A DNA stretch of 64,000 nt from Octopus bimaculoides (Eukaryota). The notes beneath the pieces are model-generated. The model made no database searches and was not told where the DNA came from. It saw only the letters and a program-made list of their open reading frames with translations. Where the stretch lies: positions 44,341,317 through 44,405,316 of the forward strand of contig NC_068991.1 of assembly GCF_001194135.2 (NCBI RefSeq). The letters run 5' to 3'. A program made the translations under genes and the position numbers. This document shows positions 13,058 to 25,577 of the stretch, in pieces (the stretch's first letter is position 1; every line of letters begins with the position of its first letter).

Positions 13058-14868
13058 CATTTTTTTCATCAAATTGAAAATTTTGTGATGCAGTTATTAC
13101 TTAACAATTCCTATCCCCGTTTATCATTTAAACAGAAAAAAAAATAAAGGGAAATAAGTCTTAAATAAGCATTTTTGTCCTCAAAAGTTGATATCCATTT
13201 TTGCTCTTTCTTACAGGACTGTGTAACTAATTATAGAACTACTCTAGATTTAATTTATATGGACCTATGTTGTGTCTGTTGAAGTGTAAAATTTTGCTTC
13301 TAGTGATGTAAAATTCTGTTCAGTTACTGCGAACTCAAATGAAATATGTTTTTTTAATTATTATTATATAGTTAAATTGATAATTATTTTCTTAGACAAT
13401 TTCCAAGTTCTCATATAAGTTTCTATTCATATACTTTAAATTATGTTCTTTAAGTAAAGCAGTATTAAACAGGTTCCTCTTACTTATGAAATGTAAGATA
13501 GTGGATATGATAATGATTCAAGGAATAAGTGTTGATGTGGGAATAATATTAACAGCAACAACAGTAATAATTATTATTGCTTTTTATCTAATTTTTACTG
13601 TTAAATAAAATTATTTCAACTAAAAATAATTTTTTAATGATTAGTTTATTTCCTTATTACTGAACAACTTATGTTTCTAAGTATCTTGCATATATTTGTT
13701 GGTGTGTGTCTGTATGAGCTTTGGATTTGCACAAAATTTTGACTGAGTTTTTGTTATTTATTTTTTCTAAAATTTATTTACAGATTTTAAAATGTTGATG
13801 CTGATTTGTTATCTCATGATTGTGTATTTAAGTTTTTCAGTCCCTTTTTTTGTTACTAATACTTTGAATTTTATGCCCCAAACCCCCATTTTTTAATGCA
13901 TTTTTCTTGGATTATTATTTTGTAGATTAGAAACATTTTTCAATATTGTTAATTATCACTAAAGCTTTAAAAAAGTTTGATGTATTGGGTACCCACCTAC
14001 TTCATAAATTACAGTAAATCCACACTGTCAAGTTAGAAAATCATTCTTTAGAGCCCAAAAATATATATACCAAAATATCTTTAGAAGAATTCAGTTCTAC
14101 TTCCACCTCTTATATAATTCTAAATTGAGCAGAGGGCAATATTAGTCTTTTTGACTCCTATTGATTTTCCTTACAAAATTTCAGATTTTGTGTCGTAGGA
14201 AATTACAGTTATCAGTATGGTAAAGATGAAGTATCAGAGAGCTTAGTCTTTATGTTATGTACTATCTCTCACACAGTAATAGATTCAAATATTAGTGTTA
14301 ACTTTCATCTTTATTCTGTGAAGTTGATAAAAATAAGTATCAAGTAATGAATTTGATTTCTTAGTAAAAGTGTGCTATAGGGACAAAAAAAAAAAAAAAA
14401 AAAAAAAAGCAGCTCTATTATTGATATGTTCTAAACTACAACAGAGATTTTTTTGGTGTCTTATATAATCAGTTTATTTTATTTCCCATTGCAGCTACTT
14501 AGTTATACTGATGTTTTTAGGAAAATCAATGTTTGAATTTCACAAATCACTCACTATACCAAGTTTTGTCCCTCTCTAAAATTTTAGCAGCAACAACTTT
14601 GTTTTACAACTCCCACTGCTACAAACTGCATGGATTACATCATACCTTTTCAATAGAGATTATTACTTAAGAAATTTTAAAAACTGTATCTGATTCAGGT
14701 CATAAATTTTAACCTGATCTTGCCTGTGCTGCATGTAAAAGTATGCAATATATAGCTTAATCATTTAAATCATCACATCTTGAATACATTTACTGTAGTC
14801 CACTCTGTTGCAAGCATATGGGCTAGGTATCTGGTCTGGGGATAACTTCTTCACACCAGCCACAAGTG

Positions 14869-15072
14869 GCCTTCAAAGGAGCTGCAGGTACTACCTTTCC
14901 TATTTTGACTAAAGCATTAGGGGAAGGCATTATTTTTGGGGTTTTGTTTGTTTTTTAAATCTATATTTAAGTAGCCTTGAAAGGAACTGCAGGTACTACC
15001 TTTCCTACTTTGGCCAAGGCATTAGAGGAAGGCATTGTTTTTTGGGGGGGTTTGTTTGTTTTTTTTAATCTA
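14869..15072. repeat. two-copy direct tandem duplication, period about 105 bp
   Basis: gcctt.aaagga.ctgcaggtactacctttccta.ttt...gaaggcatt.tttttggg...aatcta at 14869 and again at 14974. Confidence 0.9.
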
Positions 15073-15127
15073 CCTTTTTTAAAAATACCAATATGAAAAC
15101 ATTGCAAATCATCTTTATCTATCTATC

Positions 15128-15189
<62 letters not shown>

Positions 15190-15205
15190 TATTATTATTT
15201 ATTAT
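15128..15205. repeat. (ATT)n microsatellite about 85 nt upstream of a MARK exon
   Basis: Trinucleotide run with minor interruptions. Confidence 0.9.
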
Positions 15206-15288
15206 TTGTTTGTTTGTTAGTGTGAATGACTGAGTCTATAAATAAAAGAAAATATTTGTTTTATCTCACAATCATATTTCATTTTCAG

Positions 15289-15516
15289 ACCGGCTCAAGG
15301 GAAAACTTCAATTCCCTTATCACCTGCTTCAACCAAGCCTTTATTCCGAGGCACAGCAGGCCGAAATACATTCCACGGAGGCCACATTAGGGACCGACGG
15401 CAGTTCAACCAATATAACGGCCCTGGTGTTCCTGGACATACTCAGGATACCACAACAGCCGGACAAGTAGCTCGAGTGTCTTTCCTGAACAAACTAACTT
15501 CAAAATTTAGTCGAAG
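15289..15516 (+). CDS. MARK: MARK/PAR-1 conserved late-spacer exon (228 nt, phase 2 to 2)
   Basis: attttcag|A ... CGAAG|gtaagt; PAQGKTSIPLSPASTKPLFRGTAGRNTFHGGHIRDRRQFNQYNGPG...SFLNKLTSKFSR. Matches the MARK motifs FxRGxxxRxTFHG, YNGP and FxKLTSKxxR. Confidence 0.95.
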
Positions 15517-18500
15517 GTAAGTGGCTAAGGGAGTTACTGCCTATTTACTGACACTACATCTGTGATGGGAGAAATATTGCTGTATCTGACTCATGGCCTT
15601 CAACCAGTTCCCAGAGTGAAGCTTTTTTTTACATTCCCCATCTTCCATTTCTTAGATTGGTTACTCACTGTGTTGTGACTGATTATTTTATATTTGTCAC
15701 TATGTGACTAACTTTTAGTCTCTTCCCATAGACGGATTTTTAGAGTCTAATACTATGTTGATCTTTTAGTCAGCACTGTTCAACAAAGGCTTTGTAACAA
15801 GAACAATAAAGTATTTTTAAAAAAATATATATTATTCTATCGTAGTTTATCTTTTTCTTTGAGTAGATTTAGACATAAAATTCTAAAGAAAAACCTTTTT
15901 TGTTTTTCTTTTTCTTTTTTTGTCTTCTTCTGAACGGTAAACATCAGCCTATATTATGGCAACTTGAATTTGTTTGTAAAGTACTTCTGCAAATGAAGTT
16001 CTTTACATATCAAATAATGTTTTAAATTATTTTATTGCTGGCCTGGGATTATTAATTTATTTACTTTTCAAATTTGTAAAGATCTTACACTTCACGTTTG
16101 ATTTTAGACACATGTTTCTGAAAGGGTTGTTTTCTCCACTTCTTGATTATTAGTTTAGAGGTTGGGATTCACGGAAATAAATGAGCTATCTGATGATAAA
16201 TGAATTGGATTCTTGGATGAAGCACTTTACTCTATCAGTCCCAGACTGTCTAGATACCTTCAAGAAGAGTTGAAATGAGATAAAACAAAATATTTCTCTC
16301 TCTTCCATCCTATTTTTCTTATGCAGCATACACACTAATTGATAATATACAATGGTTATATTGTAAGATATTTTGTTGTGGTTTCATTCATCCCCATAGA
16401 CATTGTATTATGTGAACAAATAGCTTCAAATTTTTGTCTGAGAAGCTAAACGATGTACCCTATCTCACTTGCAGTAAGAAATGAACCAAAATGTTTGTTG
16501 AATCCAAGATTTAAAATGTTTGTTTCATGGCACTTTTGGAATGAGTAGCAAGGTACATGCATCCATCCATACATACAGAAAGACACAAACACCTCTCTCT
16601 CTCATTTATTTCTACATGTATAGTTGTCAGTCTTTCTTTGATTAGGATTCACTTGTTTGATTAACCTTTTTCAGAATTAGTTTGTCAATGACTGAGCATT
16701 CTACAGATTCATTTATCTTGAATGTAATTCTCAGGTGGAATCAGTGTGATACAGTTTGTGCGACAAAACTGTACCTTTTGAATTACATGTACAATCTATC
16801 TTATGTACACAATTTCTGTCACCCAATTCTACTTACAAGATATGTTATCTCAGTAAATGACACACATTGGGATAGAACTCAAGACCTCATGAGTGCAAAG
16901 AAAACTTCTTAACAGCTCTGCCATAATGTGCTTTACGTATTTTTTTATGCATATAATAATTTACGCACACACACGTTCTATGGAAACATCTTTTTCTCCT
17001 TCTCATATGCATATGTATTTGCATCTTATAGTTTGTTTGCTTCTATGTCTGTATTATGTTGTGTGTTTTGTGTTTGTTTCATTTCTGTAAGGCTTATTGA
17101 AGGCTTATTTTACCCTTTTCTCTGGTTCAACTGAAAATTCAGTTATTGTGATTTGTGTATTTGTAATGTTATTTCCTGTCCTTAGGACTACAGTGTTCTA
17201 CAAGTTTTAAGAGTCCTTGTATTCTAATATATTTATATATTGTTATATTTGATCTAATCTTACAATTATAAACTTGGGGATTTTTTTTTTAATAAATATT
17301 TATCAGCAATGGTGATGCACAATAACTGAGGCTATGGTGTTACAATGCTCTGTCTTATGTTCAAACATTATATGTTTGTTTTCCTAGTAAAGGCACATAG
17401 CTTTGCTTGTTTCAGCTTGCCTTATTAACAAACTGGTTCTATTTCTATTTCATTACTGCATATTTCACTCTAAAATCAAATGATTGAATTAAAATTTCCC
17501 TCAGTTTTACATGAATGAGACAACTGAAAATTGTCTTTGAAAGGTAAAAGATAAGCATTTTTTTGTGTTAGAAATGAAATCTATCCTTTATCAGCGATTT
17601 GTGTTTTTTTTTACTGTGAAAATAATCTGCGCATGTGTATGTGGGTGTGGACTTGTTTCAAACTTGCAATATAAAATTTAGATCACCTCCATTATAGGAT
17701 AGCTTATCTCCCCTTACAACGTTTTTTTTTTTTGTTTTTTATTTGCTTGGACGTTCAATACTCTCCCCACTTTACAAAAAGAAAAAAAGGTATGTGCAGA
17801 CTAAATTCTCTGTGCATGGGAAGAACTTGTAAATGATTAGTTTTAGCATAATTTACATATCACTAAATTTATTTATAACCATCCACACATGCAGTCACCC
17901 CAACCTTAACAGCATTTTCAGTTTTCAATGACAAAATTAAAACCCCAAAATTTATTATTAAATTGTAGTCTCTATATGTCTTATTTTAGAATACGAAGTA
18001 ATAATAATGAAATAATTTTTTTTTAAAATATTGCAATACTTTCCAAAATGTTATAAAATGAATTTATTTCAATGATGCAAATTAGGTTAAAATCTTTTGA
18101 TGAGTGTGTGATAAATATACTGTTAAAAACGTTTCTTTATAGTACTTAACCACATCATTGACACACATGCACGCGCACCACTGTTTCGAATTCATGTACC
18201 AAATAATACTTGGGAGATGAGATGAGTTTAGTAAATTTAGATAGATATGCTTTTGGAGCTTGAGGTTTTACTGTTAAATGCAGTTGACCACTTTATAGTG
18301 AGATAGAAGTGTAACATGTTAACACCTAAGTAGACTGAAGTTATGCATATGTGTGGTGGTGGCAGTAACTGGACAAGATTTTCAGTCCCTGATTATCCTT
18401 ATCCTCAATGCCACTATGATTGCAACTTTAGAGCTTGGAAAATTTTGGGTGATGTGGACAGACTTAAATGGGTAATTTGTAAGATGAGCTGAAATATATG

Positions 18501-19481
18501 CATATCACACATTTTGTATGTTGCCTAATTCAAACTAATAATCTCACTGCACAACATATTATATAATCTTATAGTTATTGGCTGTTGGCAATCCATATTT
18601 CTAAATTTTGATTTGAATGCTACAAGGAAGTAAGTCATTCTACACTGTATAATAAATTATAGCTGCCTGCCTACATAGAGCTGCCAGAAAAGCAACATGA
18701 ACTCGGTTACTTTTTGACAGCCCTATTTGAGCAAAGTTAACTAGGGATTCTTAAGCCAACTAACCATCTTAGCTCTATGCGCGTGCGCGTGCACGCATGC
18801 ACACACACACACACACACCTCCCTGCCTCTCAAGCATCCACTACAAAATAGTAAATGGCTACAAGTATTTCTTACTACCACAGGTTGCCTACTATACAAG
18901 AATACTTCTAATCAGAAAGATATTGCTGAAATGATTTATGTGCATGTATTTTGACTTACAGATATTTAGACGTATAAGTAATGCCATTGTTACCTTATTG
19001 TCTAGATTTCTGTACTTGCACACATTGGATGTGTCTGGAATACAGCACTTCTTCATGCATCTGAAACCTTATATTGCCCCAAATCTGTTGCAGTTGCTTC
19101 TATTCTAAGTCTTATTTGATATGACTCTATCAACAACTCTTACCGCTTTTCCACTGGTTTCTCTCGACTGCAGAAGGCATGGAAGGAAGTGCTAAGGTCA
19201 AATGTTTAAAAACCGAAGGGAAGAAGTAACACATGATAGCTTTATGGATTGTAATAAGATACTCTATCTAATTTTTGTCAGCATACAAAAATACTGTAAA
19301 ATGCTGTGCATAGAGTGTGTGCAGGCTGCATTTGCACATGTTTGTATGAGTAAATAGATACACACATTCACTATGCAGAGAAAGTAAATATGATGTTTTT
19401 GCATAGCTACAACTGAAATCTGTACTATATCATCATCATCATCATCATCATCATTTGTCATCTGTGTTCCATGCTGATATT

Positions 19482-20176
19482 CATCATCATCATCATCATC
19501 GTTTAACGTCCGCTTTCCATGCTAGCATGGGTTGGACGATTTGACTGAGGACTGGTGAAACCGGATGGCAACACCAGGCTCCAGTCTGATTTGGCAGAGT
19601 TTCTACAGCTGGATGCCCTTCCTAACGCCAAATATTGGTTGTATATATATATATGTATGTGTGAAATTTTCTTTTCTTTCATACTGTTTGCATTAGTTTT
19701 TCTGACATACGAATAACTTAGCCATTTTAGCTGTTCACATATTGTTGGAGCAATTGTTTTTCTATAATTGATTGCCCTTCTTTTATAGTGTTACTTTAAA
19801 AGATTAGAGCCTGTTATAAGCTGGGTAGAATGGAGCTAGATACTTATGCATTTCTTGTAAGCATAACAATGAGTGTAACACACAGTTCTAGGTCTTTACT
19901 GTGTACACATACTTGCACAAAATCACTTGAATATTTTATTGCTATACCTTTTTCTGTCTCATTATTGACATTGTTGATTCAGTGGAAACTTTCTGAGGTA
20001 TGAGATCCAGGTGTGTATATGTATACATATTGGCGTTAGGAAGGGCATCCAGCTGTAGAAACTCTGCCAAATTTAGATTGGAGCCTGGTGTTGCCATCCG
20101 GTTTCACCAGTCCTCAGTCAAGTCGTCAAACCCATGCTAGCATGGAAAGCGGACGTTAAACGATGATGATGATGAT
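19482..20176. repeat. head-to-head inverted pair of near-identical SINE 3' fragments
   Basis: 19482-19631 is the reverse complement of 20030-20176, with 4 substitutions and 1 indel over about 131 non-tail nt. The (CAT)n/(GAT)n tails face outward. Confidence 0.95.
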
Positions 20177-20874
20177 ATGTACATCAACTTAGTCAGTACA
20201 ATTTAGTTCATTTAAATAAGATATTTAATCACAGTTTGTGTTCAACAACTCAATAGGTAGTTGGAGTTCTGATTTAAACAAAGAAGAATAGATCTCAGAT
20301 ATACCACATAAAGTAATTATAGAATAATAGTCATTTTCAGTTGTTGTTTCTTTTCTTTTTTTTCTGGGGGGTTTTTCTCATCATATTTTGTTGACTACTC
20401 ACCTCATCAGACACTGTTGAACCAAAAACAGCTACTTGTTTAGCCACACAATATATACCAGCTCAAGGCAGAAAATACCTTCAAAGTACTGTACTGGCTC
20501 TTAAATGCCTACCAGAAACTATTTAGTAGCTAGGCACACATGAACCTAGACGGTACAATCTTAGATCATCTAAGTGAGGTATTTAATTATGTAGGGTGCA
20601 CAGTGACTCAATAGGGAATTGATATTACAATTTTATGTCTGTGAATTAAATGTATATTGAGATGCTTTATATATTCTGGGTTCTTCTGTGGTTAAACAGC
20701 TACCATACTGTACCAGTTCTGTTTCCCTTTGGGCAACATCCTTGGTATGGAGAGAGAGAGAGAGAGAGATGCTGAATGGGAAAACTGATAGTCTTACTAA
20801 AACCTTCCTGCAACAGGTGCAGATACGCAGTAAACCCTGACTAATTAAAACCTTTATACACGTGTGTGTGAGAT

Positions 20875-21075
20875 CATCAACATCATCATCATCATCATTT
20901 AACATGTTCTTTATGTTGGTATGGGTTAGACACTTTGACAAGAGCTGGTTAACCAGAGGACTGCACCACGTTCCAATGTCTGTTTTGGCTTGGTTTTTAC
21001 AGCTGGATGCCTTCCTAACACCAACCACTTTTACAGAGTGGACTGAGTGCTTTTTATGTGACACCAGTACCAGCA
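20875..21075 (-). mobile_element. older SINE copy of the (GAT)n-tailed family
   Basis: catcatcatttaac ... acagctggatgccttcctaacaccaacc ... gtgacaccagtaccag. Confidence 0.65.
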
Positions 21076-21946
21076 AGATTTGTCTATGTGTCTGTATATC
21101 TGTATAAAATAGTATGTATTATGACCTGCCTTTTTGCATCATTGTCATGAAATTGTCCATAAAATATCTATTGGGATGCTAATGTGTGATGAATTGAATG
21201 TGCAATGGATCCTTGAATAATTAGTGTACAGTTAGTATGGGAATTTACAGTCAAATCTAAAACACAATTGAAGATTTCCATTTGGTACTGAGTACTGGTG
21301 CAGCTCCCACTTAAGCTGTTCTATAAGGACTCAATTTTCGTACTAAAAGCTAATGTAGTAGTATCATTGATGCAGTTTTCCTGCTACTTACATCAGCACT
21401 GAGCTTTACTTTTGCATGTCACTTATTTGCTGCATTGCACCAAGGCAGCTAGGATTAACAGGGACATACTGTGATGAGATATGACCCATCAATTTAAAAC
21501 TTTCAGCAAACTTTAGTGATTTCACAAAATCATTTATCCATGTACGCAAAATACATGGATAAATTGATTTGCAGAATTCTGGTCAGAACATAAATTTATC
21601 ACTTAATGAAAACTGCTTTATTATACACTGGCCAAAATAAATTTAAAACCAATGATGACAGTTTTATCCCTTAATATATTTTAACAAAACTGTGTAAAAT
21701 TATTTTACTTTCTACAGTATATGTGGAACTTTTTTTTTTCTTTGGAATGATATAGGAGTTGGATATCTTTTTACAATTCGAATAATTTTAAAGCGCAATT
21801 AATTTAAATGATTAGAAATTCTCGGCAAAATAAGTTTAAGACTGTACCAAGATTATGCAAATTAATAAACCAAACAGGTGGTCATATGGCTGGTCGTACT
21901 GCACTGTTTTGTTCTATAATTGAGCATTGTTACACATTAATTCACT

Positions 21947-22949
21947 ATGGGAAAGTGTCGTGGTATCAGCCCAGTTATTAGATCAAAGATTGTGTTGCTT
22001 GATCAGCAAAATGTGTCCTTCATGAACATTAGCAAGTAATTAGGATGCAGCAAAATGGCTTGTATTCAAGCTTGGAAGCTTTACCAAGCCACTGGTCAAT
22101 ACAAAGATTGGCAAAGAATGGGTGCTCTGAGAAAGACAACAGTACAGATGGATCGGCGAATTCATAAGCTCTCTGAAGGTAACCAAATGCTAACAGCAGT
22201 GGACATTTGCAAGCAATTATCTGATGAAACTGACATCAGCTTTATATCACAAACTGTCAGAAACTGCCAAAAAGAACTTGGACTGTTTGGCTGGATTGCT
22301 TGAAAGAAGTTGATAATTTCTGAAATGAACCAGCAGAAGCGGATCAAGTTTGCTAAAAGTCATATTGAATGGATGGCTGAAGACTGGTCAAAAGTTCTTT
22401 GGAGCGTCAAATCCTGCTTCTGCATTTTTGGATCTGATGGAAAGACTTATGTTCAACACTGTCCAACTGAAGAATTCCATCCTAAGTGTGTCAAGAAAAC
22501 TGCGCAAGCAGAGTGGGGATAGGGGGTAATGGTATTGGTCCAATTGTTAAGGTTGATGGGTGACTGAACAGTGTAGGCTATCTGCAATTAGTAAATGAAA
22601 ATGTTCTACCATATTTAAATAATCAGATGCCACTGGAATCTGTTTTCCAGCAGGACAATTACTCTGTTCATGAGACTAGGAAAGTTTTGCAATATTTTGA
22701 GCGCAATAATATGGTGGTTATTGAGTGGCCTCAGCTGTGCCCGGATTTGAATCCAATAGAAAATTTATAGAATTATGTTTCTAAAAAGAGTTCATGCTAA
22801 AAAACCAACAAATTTGTCCCAATTATATAATTTTATTGAAGAAATATGGAAGAACTTTCCAAGTGATTTTTGTGCTCATTTGTTGAACTCCATGTCCCCA
22901 CCGTTGTATGGTCATAATTGAAAATAATGGCTCTGGAACTAGATACTAA
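21947..22949 (+). pseudogene. Tc1-family transposase pseudogene
   Basis: MGKCRGIS... paired-like HTH, GALRKTT (GRPRKTT), WSKVLWS, FQQDN-x-WPQLCPDLNPIENL with exactly 34 residues between the second D and the E. Several stops and frameshifts; the first catalytic D (WSDE) reads WSVK. Confidence 0.93.
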
Positions 22950-23081
22950 TAATAAATTTTTGATCGTTGATCATTTGTGCCTTAAATTTTCAATTTAATC
23001 AAAATAATGCAAAATAATATTGGTACATTAGAAAATTACTATTTTTAAATCTCACAACGAGAGATATTCAGCAACAGTACT

Positions 23082-23365
23082 TTGGAGTAAAGATTATTTG
23101 CCAACATAATATGACAGTCCTGGTTTAGGACAAACGTTGCTGTAATTTAGCCCCAGGAAACATTGTCTCCAGCTGGCTGTACGACACGATCTGTGTCCTT
23201 ATTTTTTCGAACAAGTGGGGTGCTAGATTCCCTTGTCCAGAATTATAAGGACACAGATCATGTCGTATAGCCACCTGGAGACAATGTCTCCTGAGGCTAA
23301 ATTACAGCAACATTCGTCCTAAACCAGGGCTGCCATGTTATGTTGGCAAATAATTTTTACTCCAA
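23082..23365. mobile_element. palindromic MITE-like insert nested in the Tc1 element
   Basis: 121-bp arms (23082-23202 and 23245-23365), 11 mismatches, no indels, 42-nt spacer. Confidence 0.85.
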
Positions 23366-25571
23366 TATTGGTACAGTCTTAAAAACTTTTTTGCCAACAA
23401 TTTTTAATCATATGAATTAATTGCGCATTAAAATTATTCAAGTTGTAGAGAGACATATAACACGTACATCATTCGAAAGAGAAAAAATTCTACATAAACT
23501 GAAAAGTAATTTTATATAGTTTTGTTAAAAATAAATCAATGAAGAAATAGAACTGTCATCATCCGTCTTAAACTTATTGTGGCCAGTGTAGTTTTAAGAG
23601 GTCTATGTACAGTTTTCTGGACATTTTGCACATAGAATAGGCATGAAACAAGGTTTATAGATTGTTCCAATTATCTTTATTGCAACAAGACTTGTAGAAG
23701 CTTTTTGCATGTATAATGATTAAATCTATATCAATTGCGAATTTGATGGTTATATTTTACCCTCTAAGGTTAGGACTAATTTCCCAGAACATTTTGTCAG
23801 TAACATCATGTATGATGGCATCCGGTGCTGTTCCTTATTGAGTAGCAAAACAATTTAAATTCACTAAGAACACTAGCAAAATTTAGAAGTCTCTTTACCC
23901 CAATTTAATTTGAGGATAAGTGAATTTAGAATTTGTGTTGGTGATGTACGATTGAAAAGCAATCCCAAATCACTTTCATCACTAAACTTACAAACCTTGA
24001 GTGGTAGAGTTAATCTGTCACCTGGTATAACACTAACATTGACACTTTGGGTGCTTTAAGTGGAGTCTAATCTGTTGTAAGCATTTGGACCAGGTCTCTG
24101 GTTTGAGGATACCTTTCTCCTACAAATCTAGGTGGCTCTGTGAAGGATCATATGGACTGCCTTTCCTCTTGATAAGGAAAGATTAGAAAATAACTAAATT
24201 CACTTACTGCAGTGGAGTTGTGCTACATGCAAGAGAAGCTGAGATCTGCCTAGCTGGAAAACTATAGATTTTATGAGGTAACTCCATGCTGCTTTGTATC
24301 TGTTTACTAAGTTAACAGACTCCAATGTGAATGCTAGCTATATATCTTAGTGACTAGGTTCTTGGTAAACTGTTTACTGTCTTTTAATTAATATTTGGAA
24401 ACTTCTGTTATTAGGAAAGGCAATCATGGAGTAACTTGTTTCCTTTCATTTTCTGTATAAGTCCTTAGTTTGTGCCTTGGTTAAGAATTGTTAATGTGGC
24501 TGATTCTGGTATAGCAGTAAATTTCCAGTAAATTCTAGTGCATTATCTAGTTTTGTTCCCTAATGGTGATCACTTTTTGGAATATCAACTTTCAATTACC
24601 TATCATTCATATTTATATAAAAAGATCAAATATCTGTCTTTCTGTTAGATAATCTTATATTTAAGTTTAGAGATAAGTTCTTTTCAGATCATTAACTGGA
24701 AATTCTGTTAGCTTATGACTAAGGAAGGTATCTTTTCCTCTATCTTACCTTAGTATTCTTTGGCTTTTCGTTATTTATATGAAAACACTTGGCTCCAAAA
24801 TACATAAATAGATGTCTGACTAAATGTATTTAGCTTTAATCCCTATCCATGCAATGAAAGTAATTGAAATAGTTTTTGGTTGATAAAGATTATTGTATTT
24901 TGTTGTCAGTGTAAACTTGCATGTGTTTTGGTTAATTTAGTTGTTCATTAATTTTTGTCTATGTTAAATCATCTTGGACCAAATAAATTTTCTTTCACAC
25001 ATACACCAATGTTTTATTTTCCTCTACAACCCTCTTCTTTTGATTGATTATGGAAACATTTAAAACTTTAGCAGTAACTGCTGCCACATATTTCTTTTGT
25101 TTCAAGTGTGAATTTACAGGGTGGCTTTATTTCTGAATAATTAAAATGTTAGGTAGGCCCCTCTTTTCCTCCTTACGTAAAATATAACAACAAAACTCCT
25201 TTTTCTTTAAGTTTCACATTTATAACCTCATCTTTTATTTCTTCTGTAGCATATACTTAGAAATGTTACATCTTCACCTGTTGTTGATATACAACTTTTT
25301 GTTTCTTTGTCCTACAACAAGTAGTTGTTATTTAATACTTTAACTCCTTAAAACTGCTTCCCACACCATATTTTGTTTTCACTGGTCTCAGCCATTTGAC
25401 AGTGTCTGTGCTGTGATACTGCCATATTAGTTGATGGAAAATTGTCTCATTCATTTCTATTATTTTTCTTTTCATTCTTTTTATTTTGACTTTGATTTTG
25501 TTGTCATTTCTTTTCAGAAACATATAATGTAATTTTTATTTTTTTATTTTTAGTTCTAATGCATGCCACAG

Positions 25572-25577
25572 GAGAAT
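25572..25577 (+). CDS. MARK: candidate 6-nt MARK microexon GAGAAT
   Basis: U-rich tract, ttctaat, tgcatgc, cacag|GAGAAT|gtatat. Frame-preserving in phase 2. Pattern only, no transcript evidence. Confidence 0.35.

Larger units (their letters stand above)
21626..23588 (+). mobile_element. full-length defective Tc1/mariner element (DD34E, IR/DR-type long TIRs, TA target duplication)
   Basis: TA|CACTGGCC ... GGCCAGTG|TA, with TIRs of about 229 bp (21626-21854 and 23364-23588). Carries a transposase pseudogene. Confidence 0.95.

Noticed and set aside
12596-13147. Long ORFs rich in YI and X in the ORF track
   Set aside because: Artefacts of (TA)n plus an N gap.
17186-17203. Frame-preserving 18-nt exon candidate after ttcctgtccttag
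   Set aside because: The donor gtttta is too weak and there is no other support.
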